Assembly (NCBI GenBank): GCA_027317945.1
Contig: DAHVQB010000001.1
Location: forward strand, 9,348-73,347
Length of the DNA stretch: 64,000 nt
Direction of reading: 5' to 3'
Origin: Candidatus Micrarchaeota archaeon
GTDB taxonomy: Archaea > Micrarchaeota > Micrarchaeia > Micrarchaeales > Micrarchaeaceae
The translations under genes and the position numbers were made by a program. This document shows, piece after piece, positions 28,157-35,705 of the stretch. Below the pieces are notes generated by a model that did not search any database, was not told where the DNA came from, and worked only from the letters and a program-made list of their open reading frames with translations. Every line of letters begins with the position of its first letter. Within the stretch, counting starts at the first letter, position 1.

Positions 28157-29341
28157 TCATTTCTTCGGCTTGGAAAGGCCTGAAAGCATACGCATAGCCT
28201 CAGGAAAGCTGCGCTTTCCGTTTAGGCCCTCATACGCGAAGTTCAAATCCGCACCTTTTTGGATCAGCAGCTCGGCAATTTTGGGGTGGCCCATGAATGC
28301 AGCCCACATCAGGGCGCTTTGGCCCGTCTTGTCCTTGCAGTTAACGTCAGCGCCCATATCTATCAACAATCTTGCGCTTTCGAGATTCCCGTAAGCAACG
28401 GACGAAATGAATGCGGTGTTCAGCAGGTTGGCTATGTGCCAGCGTATGCCTATTCTCGGGCCGATTTTGGCTGAGACGCTGAAGCCATCTTTCGTCCTGG
28501 TGAACTTGCCTGAAAGCCCGTAGTTTTCCTCATGCTTCAGCTTTGCATCCCCCAATCTTAGATTGCAGGAGAATTTTATCTCGCCGAACTTGACAAGCAT
28601 TTGCTCCGCCTTTGCGTACGGCACGGCTTCGATGTCCGAATAGTCCGATGGGAAGAACGGCTGCGATGTCAATACACCGGACGATTGGCTGCCGTTGAAT
28701 GAGAGATCGCTGCAGATTACCTTCCACTCAACCATCCTAGTCACGCAGGAATTTACGAAAACGTTGAATATGCGCTCCATTGCTGATTCTATGTCGGCGC
28801 CATTACTGAACGATATGGAGCTTATCCAATACGAGCCGAAATCCTCGTATGTTTCCATCGGCTTGAAAACTGCACCATTGTCTATTAACATGCGGGCGAA
28901 TTCGAGGTGGCCGTTTGATGTTGCTATACAGAGCGCGGTCCATCCCTTCCGATCCCTTGCGTTGACGTCAGCCTTAGCGCCGATGATGAGCTTGCCTATG
29001 TCCATGCTGCCTTCGTACGCTGCCCGCATTAGCGCGGTGCCGCCGCCTATGTCATCGGAGTCGGGATCCGCACCCTTTTTAAGAAGCAGTTTCACCAGCG
29101 CGGCATGCCCGCCTTTTGATGCCTTCATCAATGGAGTTTCTCCAATCGCATTGGCATAATTCACATTTGCGCCTTGGGTGATCTCCTTGTTGGCCTCTGC
29201 GATATCTCCATTTATTATGGCGCTTATCAGCGGCGTGCTGCGGTCTGAATTCCTTGAACCTGGCTTCAATCCGTCCCTCTTCATATACGGAAAACCCTCG
29301 CTGGCTTTGCCATCGCTTGATTGTGCAGACATGCTATCCAA
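28157..29341 (-). CDS. Ankyrin-repeat protein (4 + 2 repeats) interrupted by a non-ankyrin domain
   Basis: ANK consensus segments are GETPLMKASKGGHAALVKLLLKKGADPD, GGTALMRAAYEGSMDIGKLIIGAKADVNARD, KGWTALCIATSNGHLEFARMLIDNGA and, at the C-terminus, GQSALMWAAFMGHPKIAELLIQKGADLN. The central 150 aa or so have no ANK pattern. Confidence 0.8.
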   Translation of the reverse strand: MDSMSAQSSDGKASEGFPYMKRDGLKPGSRNSDRSTPLISAIINGDIAEANKEITQGANVNYANAIGETPLMKASKGGHAALVKLLLKKGADPDSDDIGGGTALMRAAYEGSMDIGKLIIGAKADVNARDRKGWTALCIATSNGHLEFARMLIDNGAVFKPMETYEDFGSYWISSISFSNGADIESAMERIFNVFVNSCVTRMVEWKVICSDLSFNGSQSSGVLTSQPFFPSDYSDIEAVPYAKAEQMLVKFGEIKFSCNLRLGDAKLKHEENYGLSGKFTRTKDGFSVSAKIGPRIGIRWHIANLLNTAFISSVAYGNLESARLLIDMGADVNCKDKTGQSALMWAAFMGHPKIAELLIQKGADLNFAYEGLNGKRSFPEAMRMLSGLSKPKK

Positions 29342-29359
29342 GACCTAACAATCGGGCCG

Positions 29360-29536
29360 TCAGGCCATGATCGTCGCTGCTTCAGGCGCTTTTAATGAGT
29401 ACTGCGGTTTGCTGCATAGGCATCCCTCCTGCTGGCACAGATCCGAATAATGAGTCGGGCCTTCATCGAAGTGCCATAGCGCATTTTCGTATTCTGTGAC
29501 ATGATGCCCGCATTTCTGGCAGGCGTGTAGATCCAT
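29360..29536 (-). CDS. Small Cys/His-rich (Zn-ribbon-like) protein
   Basis: MDLHACQKCGHHVTEYENALWHFDEGPTHYSDLCQQEGCLCSKP. It starts 18 nt upstream of the ankyrin gene on the same strand. GTG 29545 is an alternative start. Confidence 0.45.
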   Translation of the reverse strand: MDLHACQKCGHHVTEYENALWHFDEGPTHYSDLCQQEGCLCSKPQYSLKAPEAATIMA

Positions 29537-29640
29537 CTTGGTCACCTATATTATTTGAATCTCAATAAAGGTTTTTATCGCTATCTATTTGGCGCATCCA
29601 TTGGAAAATCAGCGAGGCGGTAAAGGCCGTTCTAGTAAGG

Positions 29641-30861
29641 CTATCGGGACTTTTGAGACAGGTATTCCAGCGCATTTCTTAGCACCTTTTCCTTGCTTAT
29701 CGGCTCGGACAGTATGTTGAACAATTCGTGGAAATCGACCTTTTTCTCAAATTTGGCCTCCTTCAACCTTGCACCCAAGATGCTTATGCCAAGTTCTTTT
29801 ATGGGAAGTTCGCCCATCCTACCCTCCCTGAGCTCTTCTATCTCCCTTTCGACCTCGGGATTCTTCATGCCGGACGAGTCTATGTCTAGGAATGCGCTCT
29901 GGGCGTACTTCATGCTAAGCGTCCTGAATGGCATGTCGCCTGTGGAGAAACCTTCGCGCATCGAACCTTCGAAGTAGATTTTTATTATGGGCTTCTCTTG
30001 CGACGAACCTAGTATTGAATCTATTTCTGCCTCTGCAGCAGCGACAACGTCTTTTGGCGTCGCATCCTCTGTTTTTATGTGCTTGACCACGAATGGCCTG
30101 GAATGTATGTGCTCAAATGAGTATGCACCGGTATTCGTGTCGAATATTATGAATCCCTTGCTCTCCTGCTCTCCTTCCTTGAGCTGTGTCAGCACAGTGC
30201 TGCCCGGTATCAGCAGCTTCTTTGAATGCACCTCCGCCTCCACCCTGCTGTGGATGTGGCCGTTGACGTACAAATCGAAACCCCCAGGCAGGTCATCGTA
30301 GTGTATGAAATCCTTGCTGAATGGGAGAAGCTCGTATGTGGACTGGTGGAACATGAATATGTTGAAGGCGCCTTGGACCGGGGCAGGATTCAGCTGTGTG
30401 AGGCGCTCTTTTACCCTATCCTCTGAAAGGCCGCCGAGGCCGAACACAGCGACGCTCTCATCGCCTTTCCTGATAGTCGTGGTTGCCTCACTGCTATCAA
30501 CCAGAAGCCCTGCCAAGCTAAGCAGCTCAAGGGCATTTTCCTTTCCCTCAGCAGTCCTTTCGTGTGTGCCAGGTATCGCCACTATTGGGGCATTTGTGTA
30601 GGCCTTGCTTTCCCGTGATGGACCGCTTGCGAATCCTTCTACCGCAGCGCCCCATTTTTTGTGGGATATGTCCCTGAATATGTTTATCGCTTGTGCTATC
30701 GTCTCTGGTTTTGGCGCTCGCTTGTCGAACACGTCGCCCGGTATCAGCAATGCATCCGCCATGGCTGATGCCCTCTCCAGAGCTTCCCTTGCCTGCGCGT
30801 ATGCGTCTTCCGAAAACCTGTCGTAACCCAGGTGGAGATCCGATACTATGGCTATCTTCAT
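29641..30861 (-). CDS. Mre11/SbcD-family calcineurin-like metallophosphoesterase (atypical motif III)
   Basis: Motifs are IAIVSDLHLG (I), IPGDVFD (II), AIPGTHE (III, Thr in place of the usual Asn), FMFHQS, and NGHIHS (GHxH). No rad50 is adjacent. Confidence 0.6.
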   Translation of the reverse strand: MKIAIVSDLHLGYDRFSEDAYAQAREALERASAMADALLIPGDVFDKRAPKPETIAQAINIFRDISHKKWGAAVEGFASGPSRESKAYTNAPIVAIPGTHERTAEGKENALELLSLAGLLVDSSEATTTIRKGDESVAVFGLGGLSEDRVKERLTQLNPAPVQGAFNIFMFHQSTYELLPFSKDFIHYDDLPGGFDLYVNGHIHSRVEAEVHSKKLLIPGSTVLTQLKEGEQESKGFIIFDTNTGAYSFEHIHSRPFVVKHIKTEDATPKDVVAAAEAEIDSILGSSQEKPIIKIYFEGSMREGFSTGDMPFRTLSMKYAQSAFLDIDSSGMKNPEVEREIEELREGRMGELPIKELGISILGARLKEAKFEKKVDFHELFNILSEPISKEKVLRNALEYLSQKSR

Positions 30862-30867
30862 CGTGCT

Positions 30868-31866
30868 TCACTTTCTTCCTTTGGCCTTCCGTATTATGCT
30901 CTCGTTGAACTGGTCAACGAATTCTTGGGCATTTTCTATGTTGCTGCCATAAGCCCCGGCCGCGCATGGATGCCCGCCGCCGGATCCGGATATAATCGGC
31001 GCAAGTTCCTGGAGCAAGCGCCCGAGATGTATGCCGTACATCCTGTCCAGGGTGGGGCGAAGCCTTGCCGAGAATGATACCTCCTTGCCGCCGCCGGATT
31101 GGAAAAGCGCGACATCGGCGCCTATCCTTATCGCATTATCCGCCACTACGTTGGCCTTGCCATGCGCCACTCCGAAAACGAAAAGAAGCCCGGAACGCAC
31201 CACGACTGTGCCGCCCATCAGGTCTTCTATTATATCGGCCCTCGTTTCTGGGTCAGCTATGTGCCGGATGCTATCGAGCAGGTCTTGGTAATCCGTCCGG
31301 GCAAGGCGCAGTAGCTCCCCTATCTGTATGAAAGTCTGTGCAGTGGCGTTCTTCAGTTCGGCAGAGTCCGATATTATGCCTGCCAGTAGCAGCTTGGCGA
31401 TGCGCGGGTCGGTCTTTGTGTTGAGCCTCTTCAGCAGCTCGTACATTATGCTCGCCGTGGAGTTGTAGCCCTCGTCATTGAATACGGTTACGTTATCAGC
31501 GTTTATTTCGGACAGGGCGTGGTGGTCTATTACTATTATCTGGCCTTTGAACTCCTCCAGCCTTTGCTTGAAACCGCTGCATTCCGAGAAGTTGTTCGCA
31601 TCCAGAAGTATTACGACCTCGGCATCCTGAGGGAATTTGTTTTCTATTGCTACTGAGCCATAACCGAAACGCTTCATTACGCGCAATGCAGTGGAAGACG
31701 GCTGATCCGGTGTAGCCAGGATAGGATATTCAAAGAATCGGGATAGTGCTATTACAGACGACATAGAGTCTATGTCTGCCCTTGAATGGCATGTAAGCAT
31801 CACCATGTTGCGCTTGTACCTCCAGAGGAGCGCGGCGAGCTCTTCTATGCTATTTATCGTTATCAT
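30868..31866 (-). CDS. DHH/DHHA1-family phosphoesterase (NrnA/RecJ-like)
   Basis: Motifs are CHSRADIDSMSS, LLDANN, VIDHH and, at the C-terminus, GGGHPCAAGA. I chose the ATG at 31866 (MITINSIEEL). Confidence 0.75.
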   Translation of the reverse strand: MITINSIEELAALLWRYKRNMVMLTCHSRADIDSMSSVIALSRFFEYPILATPDQPSSTALRVMKRFGYGSVAIENKFPQDAEVVILLDANNFSECSGFKQRLEEFKGQIIVIDHHALSEINADNVTVFNDEGYNSTASIMYELLKRLNTKTDPRIAKLLLAGIISDSAELKNATAQTFIQIGELLRLARTDYQDLLDSIRHIADPETRADIIEDLMGGTVVVRSGLLFVFGVAHGKANVVADNAIRIGADVALFQSGGGKEVSFSARLRPTLDRMYGIHLGRLLQELAPIISGSGGGHPCAAGAYGSNIENAQEFVDQFNESIIRKAKGRK

Positions 31867-31873
31867 CAGAACA

Positions 31874-32221
31874 TCAGAACGGCTGCTTTCCTGCCATCTT
31901 AAGCTCATTTGTTATCTCCGTCCTAAGCGATTGTTCCTTCTTTGAAAGCTCGTCGTACTGCTTGTTGAGTATGGTTAAGCGCATCTCTGTGGATTCGTGC
32001 TTCTCCTTTATGTCCTTAAGCGCTGCCTCCTTGGTAGACTCCACTATGGCACCCCCTATTGCGTAGAACACCTTGCCGGTTGATTTCTCTATGGAATCCA
32101 TCGCTTCCTTGAGCTCGAGCTTCTGGCCCGAGAACTGCTCCCTCTGCACCGTAATTGCCTGCAATTGCTCCTGTATCATCTGATAGTCCCTGGTAATCTT
32201 CTCCAGCTGCTCTTTTTCCAT
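31874..32221 (-). CDS. pfdB: Prefoldin beta subunit
   Basis: About 115 aa with coiled coil, beta hairpin (GKVFYAIGGAIVE), then coiled coil. ATG at 32221. Confidence 0.8.
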   Translation of the reverse strand: MEKEQLEKITRDYQMIQEQLQAITVQREQFSGQKLELKEAMDSIEKSTGKVFYAIGGAIVESTKEAALKDIKEKHESTEMRLTILNKQYDELSKKEQSLRTEITNELKMAGKQPF

Positions 32222-32246
32222 AGAAATCACTCTAAAGCGTAACTGC

Positions 32247-33344
32247 TCATCTATCTATCTCAGCGAGTACCAGGTCAAGGCTGCCCATTATCGAGAATAT
32301 GTCTGCAAACTTTACCCCGTCGCACAGCTTGGAAAGCACTGAAAGGTTTACGAAAGTAGGGGACCTCAGGGATATCCTGTATGGCTTCTGCTTGTCAGGT
32401 ATCATGTATATCAGGCCCTCGCCCCTGGGCAGCTCCCTCCTCGTTATTATCGTATCGGGCTTTGCAGCGGGCCCTATCAGCTTTATCGGGGCCCCGACAA
32501 CATCCGCATCGTCCGGCATCATAGAAAGGCACTGGCGTATTATCTTCGTGCTTTGCAGTATCTCTTCGAACCTGACCTTGTACCTGTCGAACGAATCGCC
32601 GTTGTACTTGACGGGTACGTCGAATTTGAGCTTATCGTAAACATAGTATGGTTGGGACCTCCTTACGTCTTCCTTTACCCCTGATGCCCTGAGCACAGGG
32701 CCGGACACGCCGTAGTTTATGGCATCCTCCTTGCTCAGGACGCCTATTCCCTTCGTCCTCTCTAGGAAGATCTCGTTCTTATCCAGTATCTCTATGTATT
32801 CCGGCATTGTCTTTTCTATGTAGTCTATCAATGCGAGTGAGCGCTCCTTGAAGTCTTTTGGCAGCGGCTGGTAAAGGCCGCCCAGCCTCATGTTTACATA
32901 GAACATCCTGCTTCCGGCGACATCCTCAAGGAGCTTTATCACCTTTGATCTGTCCCTGAACGCCCACATGAACGTAGTGAACATCTGCCCAAGGTCGCTT
33001 GCCAATGTGCCCATCCAGAGCAGGTGGCTTGCGATTCTTTGAAATTCTAGCAGTATGACGCGGGCGTATTGCGCGCCTTCCTTCACCGGTATGCCCATAG
33101 CCTGTTCAACTGCTGCAACGTATAGCTCGTCCCACGATAGGGGCGCTATATAATCAAGCTTTTCCATGTATGACGGATTCTGCATATACATCCTGGTCTC
33201 GCAAAGCTTCTCTACGCCCCTGTGGAGGAAGCCTATGTGCGGTTCAACCAATTTTACCGTATCGCCGTCGACGTCGACTACGAGGCGCAGCACTCCGTGA
33301 GTGCTCGGGTGCACAGGTCCAACATTTATTCGAACTACAGCCAT
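32247..33344 (-). CDS. nuoD: NADH-quinone oxidoreductase subunit D (49 kDa)
   Basis: MAVVRINVGPVHPSTHGVLRLVVDVDGDTV... ends in LVLAEIDR. The ATG overlaps the nuoC stop (TAATG). Confidence 0.9.
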   Translation of the reverse strand: MAVVRINVGPVHPSTHGVLRLVVDVDGDTVKLVEPHIGFLHRGVEKLCETRMYMQNPSYMEKLDYIAPLSWDELYVAAVEQAMGIPVKEGAQYARVILLEFQRIASHLLWMGTLASDLGQMFTTFMWAFRDRSKVIKLLEDVAGSRMFYVNMRLGGLYQPLPKDFKERSLALIDYIEKTMPEYIEILDKNEIFLERTKGIGVLSKEDAINYGVSGPVLRASGVKEDVRRSQPYYVYDKLKFDVPVKYNGDSFDRYKVRFEEILQSTKIIRQCLSMMPDDADVVGAPIKLIGPAAKPDTIITRRELPRGEGLIYMIPDKQKPYRISLRSPTFVNLSVLSKLCDGVKFADIFSIMGSLDLVLAEIDR

Positions 33345-33724
33345 TAAACAGCCTTCTTGTATTCCTTGCCCCATACGAAGCTCTTCCGAAGCGGGAACTC
33401 AACGCCATTCCACTCCTCAAGCAGAAGGCGCTTTATCTTCCTGCCGTTGATCTTTATGCCGAACATCTCGCACAGTTCGCGCTCGTACCAGTCTGCGGCA
33501 TTGTATAAGTGTATGATTGTGTCTATTTCGGGCTCGTTTGGATCAAGTTTGACTTTTAGCACCTCCATCTGCTTCGTTGAGGTGTTGTAAAGAACGTACA
33601 CTACCTCCAAGTGCGTGACATAGTCGACGGCGGTTATCTTGTTTAGATAATCAAACCCTCGCTCCTTCATGTCTTTGCATGTTTTCACTAACGCTTCTTT
33701 CGTTATTTCCTGCAACCTTACCAC
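33344..33724 (-). CDS. nuoC: NADH-quinone oxidoreductase subunit C (30 kDa), short form
   Basis: ADWYERELCEMFGIKING...PLRK is the NuoC signature. At 126 aa it is short, and it overlaps the nuoB 3' end by 74 nt. Confidence 0.75.
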   Translation of the reverse strand: MVRLQEITKEALVKTCKDMKERGFDYLNKITAVDYVTHLEVVYVLYNTSTKQMEVLKVKLDPNEPEIDTIIHLYNAADWYERELCEMFGIKINGRKIKRLLLEEWNGVEFPLRKSFVWGKEYKKAV

Positions 33725-34337
33725 TTATTTTATCTTGCAACTTCATGAGCGCCCCGAATAGGTTTTCCGGTTTCGGAGGACAGCCGCATGCGTACACATC
33801 AACCGGCAGCACCTGGTCTATGCCCTGTATTATGTTGTAGCTCTCCCACCACGGGCCGCCTGCAGTAGCGCACTCCCCGTATGCCACCACATATTTTGGG
33901 GAGGCCATCTGCTCATAAAGGCGCTTTATCCTGGGGACCATTGACTTTGTGACCCAGCCTGCCACTATCATGACATCGCACTGCCTTGGGGTGCCCCTGA
34001 ACAACAGGTATCCCTTGCGCTCCGCGTCTATCCTTTCCGCGCCGAAGTCCATCAATTCTATGGCACAGCAGGCAAGCCCGAACTGCAGAGGCCAAAGGGA
34101 GTTTGTGCGGCCCCACGTTATAACGTCCTTTACCAGCGGAGCCATCTTTGACAGGTCGCTCAGCTTTGCGAACACAGCGTTCACGGGCGTCTTGGGCTCG
34201 CCTTCCTTCTCCGACTCTGTCAGCAGTTTTGTCATCTCCTTTTCGGCATTCATGAACTGCTCGACAGTGTATGGGGCGTTTGGCACTTTGCGCGATAGAT
34301 ACTCGGCGGGCACTTCATCTTCAGACATTTGGATCAC
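33651..34337 (-). CDS. nuoB: NADH-quinone oxidoreductase subunit B (PSST, N2 cluster)
   Basis: SLWPLQFGLACCAIE, GECATAGGPW and CGCPPKPE are cluster ligand motifs. There is an N-terminal extension of about 60 aa. Confidence 0.9.
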   Translation of the reverse strand: MIQMSEDEVPAEYLSRKVPNAPYTVEQFMNAEKEMTKLLTESEKEGEPKTPVNAVFAKLSDLSKMAPLVKDVITWGRTNSLWPLQFGLACCAIELMDFGAERIDAERKGYLLFRGTPRQCDVMIVAGWVTKSMVPRIKRLYEQMASPKYVVAYGECATAGGPWWESYNIIQGIDQVLPVDVYACGCPPKPENLFGALMKLQDKISGKVAGNNERSVSENMQRHEGARV

Positions 34338-34677
34338 TTATGAATTTATATGAGATAAGTCCAAAAAGCATCGCAACTACCACCATGCCCACCATTTCAA
34401 GGCCGGAGTAGTAGCTGACGGACCTGGCAACGGACGCCCATAGGAGCACGACCACTGAGATTATCTCGAATGGCAGGAACATGGCGAAGATAGGCAGGTA
34501 TTCCACCTGGACCACCAACCCCTCGCCTATGGTCTCTTCTGCACTTTCGTAGGGTGCGTTCTTTACCTTGTTCTTCGGGACCCTGCGCCTTAGCGATATT
34601 GATGTCAGCAGGAGAGAGTACGGGATGAAAAGCGCCATGCCTATGAATATTAGTAATGCCAGATAATTGTAAAACAT
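34321..34677 (-). CDS. nuoA: NADH-quinone oxidoreductase subunit A
   Basis: A 118-aa three-helix membrane protein with the motif KNAPYESAEE (YECG-like region), at the first position of the ABCD block. Confidence 0.8.
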   Translation of the reverse strand: MFYNYLALLIFIGMALFIPYSLLLTSISLRRRVPKNKVKNAPYESAEETIGEGLVVQVEYLPIFAMFLPFEIISVVVLLWASVARSVSYYSGLEMVGMVVVAMLFGLISYKFISDPNV

Positions 34678-34696
34678 CCTTGCACCACCTAAATAT

Positions 34697-34720
34697 GTCG
34701 TTGAATCTTTATATTAATTG
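34697..34720. repeat. Copy 1 of a 24-nt direct repeat containing a TATA-like core (nuoA side)
   Basis: GTCGTTGAATCTTTATATTAATTG, compared with copy 2 GGCGTTGAATCTTTATAATAATTG at 34804-34827. 22 of 24 positions are identical. Confidence 0.6.
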
Positions 34721-34803
34721 CCGTTCGCGGTTGGTCGTCGACTTCGTTATTTGGGAATGTGTACATATAGGGCGCTATGCCCCTCAAATGCGCTGATTTA
34801 TAC

Positions 34804-34827
34804 GGCGTTGAATCTTTATAATAATTG
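34804..34827. repeat. Copy 2 of the 24-nt direct repeat containing a TATA-like core (dtdA side)
   Basis: See copy 1. The TATA-like core CTTTATAATAA lies 24-33 nt upstream of ATG 34848. Confidence 0.6.
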
Positions 34828-34895
34828 TTGCACTAACTTAAACTGATATGCCAAGAGTTGTTTGGAGCATATACTTTGGCTATTGCGGTTTTCGG

Positions 34896-35705
34896 ATGCT
34901 TTTTGTCTACTCGAGCGAGGACGCAGTGTCCATTGGGGCAGCCGATGAGCTCAAGAGCATGCTCAACATGGAGCATGATATGGAGATAGATGGGAATATG
35001 CACTTTAGGCAGGGCGATGGCCTGGAGATGCTCGGGGTAGGGACAAGGCTCGTTGATGCGGATTACGTAGAGAGGCTGGTAAAGACCGATTTCATAGTAT
35101 TCCTGAGCAAACACAGCAGCGCGGCAGGGGTGCCTGCCTTCACGGTGCATTCCGAAGGCAACTGGAGCGATGCTGCGGCATTGGGCGGGGCCGCTAAAGA
35201 GCTAAGCGTTGCCGCGCCGGTGCAGATGAAGGGATTTTTGGCCGCCTTGCATGCGGCTGCCTCTGAAGCGAAGGTGGATGTGCAGGTCGTGTATGAAGCC
35301 ACACACCATGGGCCCCTGCTGAAAACGCCGTCCTTCTTCGCGGAGCTTGGCGGCAATGTTGAAACAACGCAGGACACGCGCTTAATCGGGGTACTCGCCG
35401 AAGCCGCGGAAAGATTCACGCACCCGGAAGGCGATACCATGGATTATGACAAAATCGCAGTGTACATTGGCGGCATGCATTATGCGAGGCGCGCAACGGA
35501 ACTCGCATTGAATAAAGACTATGCCTCGGCGCACATAATGCCAAAACATTACGTTGATAACGTTGAGTTATTGGAACAGGCGTTTTCCAGATCGTCAGTT
35601 AAGCCCGAAATCGCCCTCATAGAGTGGAAAAGCATAAATGCTGATAAGAGGAATAAGGTACTACGAAAGCTCGAGGATATGGGTCTTGACCATGAGAGGG
35701 TATAA
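34896..35705 (+). CDS. dtdA: D-aminoacyl-tRNA deacylase, archaeal type
   Basis: MLFVYSSEDAVS..., FLSKHSSAAGVPAFTVHSEGNW and YEATHHGP match the DtdA family. An upstream in-frame ATG at 34848 is an alternative start. Confidence 0.75.
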   Translation: MLFVYSSEDAVSIGAADELKSMLNMEHDMEIDGNMHFRQGDGLEMLGVGTRLVDADYVERLVKTDFIVFLSKHSSAAGVPAFTVHSEGNWSDAAALGGAAKELSVAAPVQMKGFLAALHAAASEAKVDVQVVYEATHHGPLLKTPSFFAELGGNVETTQDTRLIGVLAEAAERFTHPEGDTMDYDKIAVYIGGMHYARRATELALNKDYASAHIMPKHYVDNVELLEQAFSRSSVKPEIALIEWKSINADKRNKVLRKLEDMGLDHERV

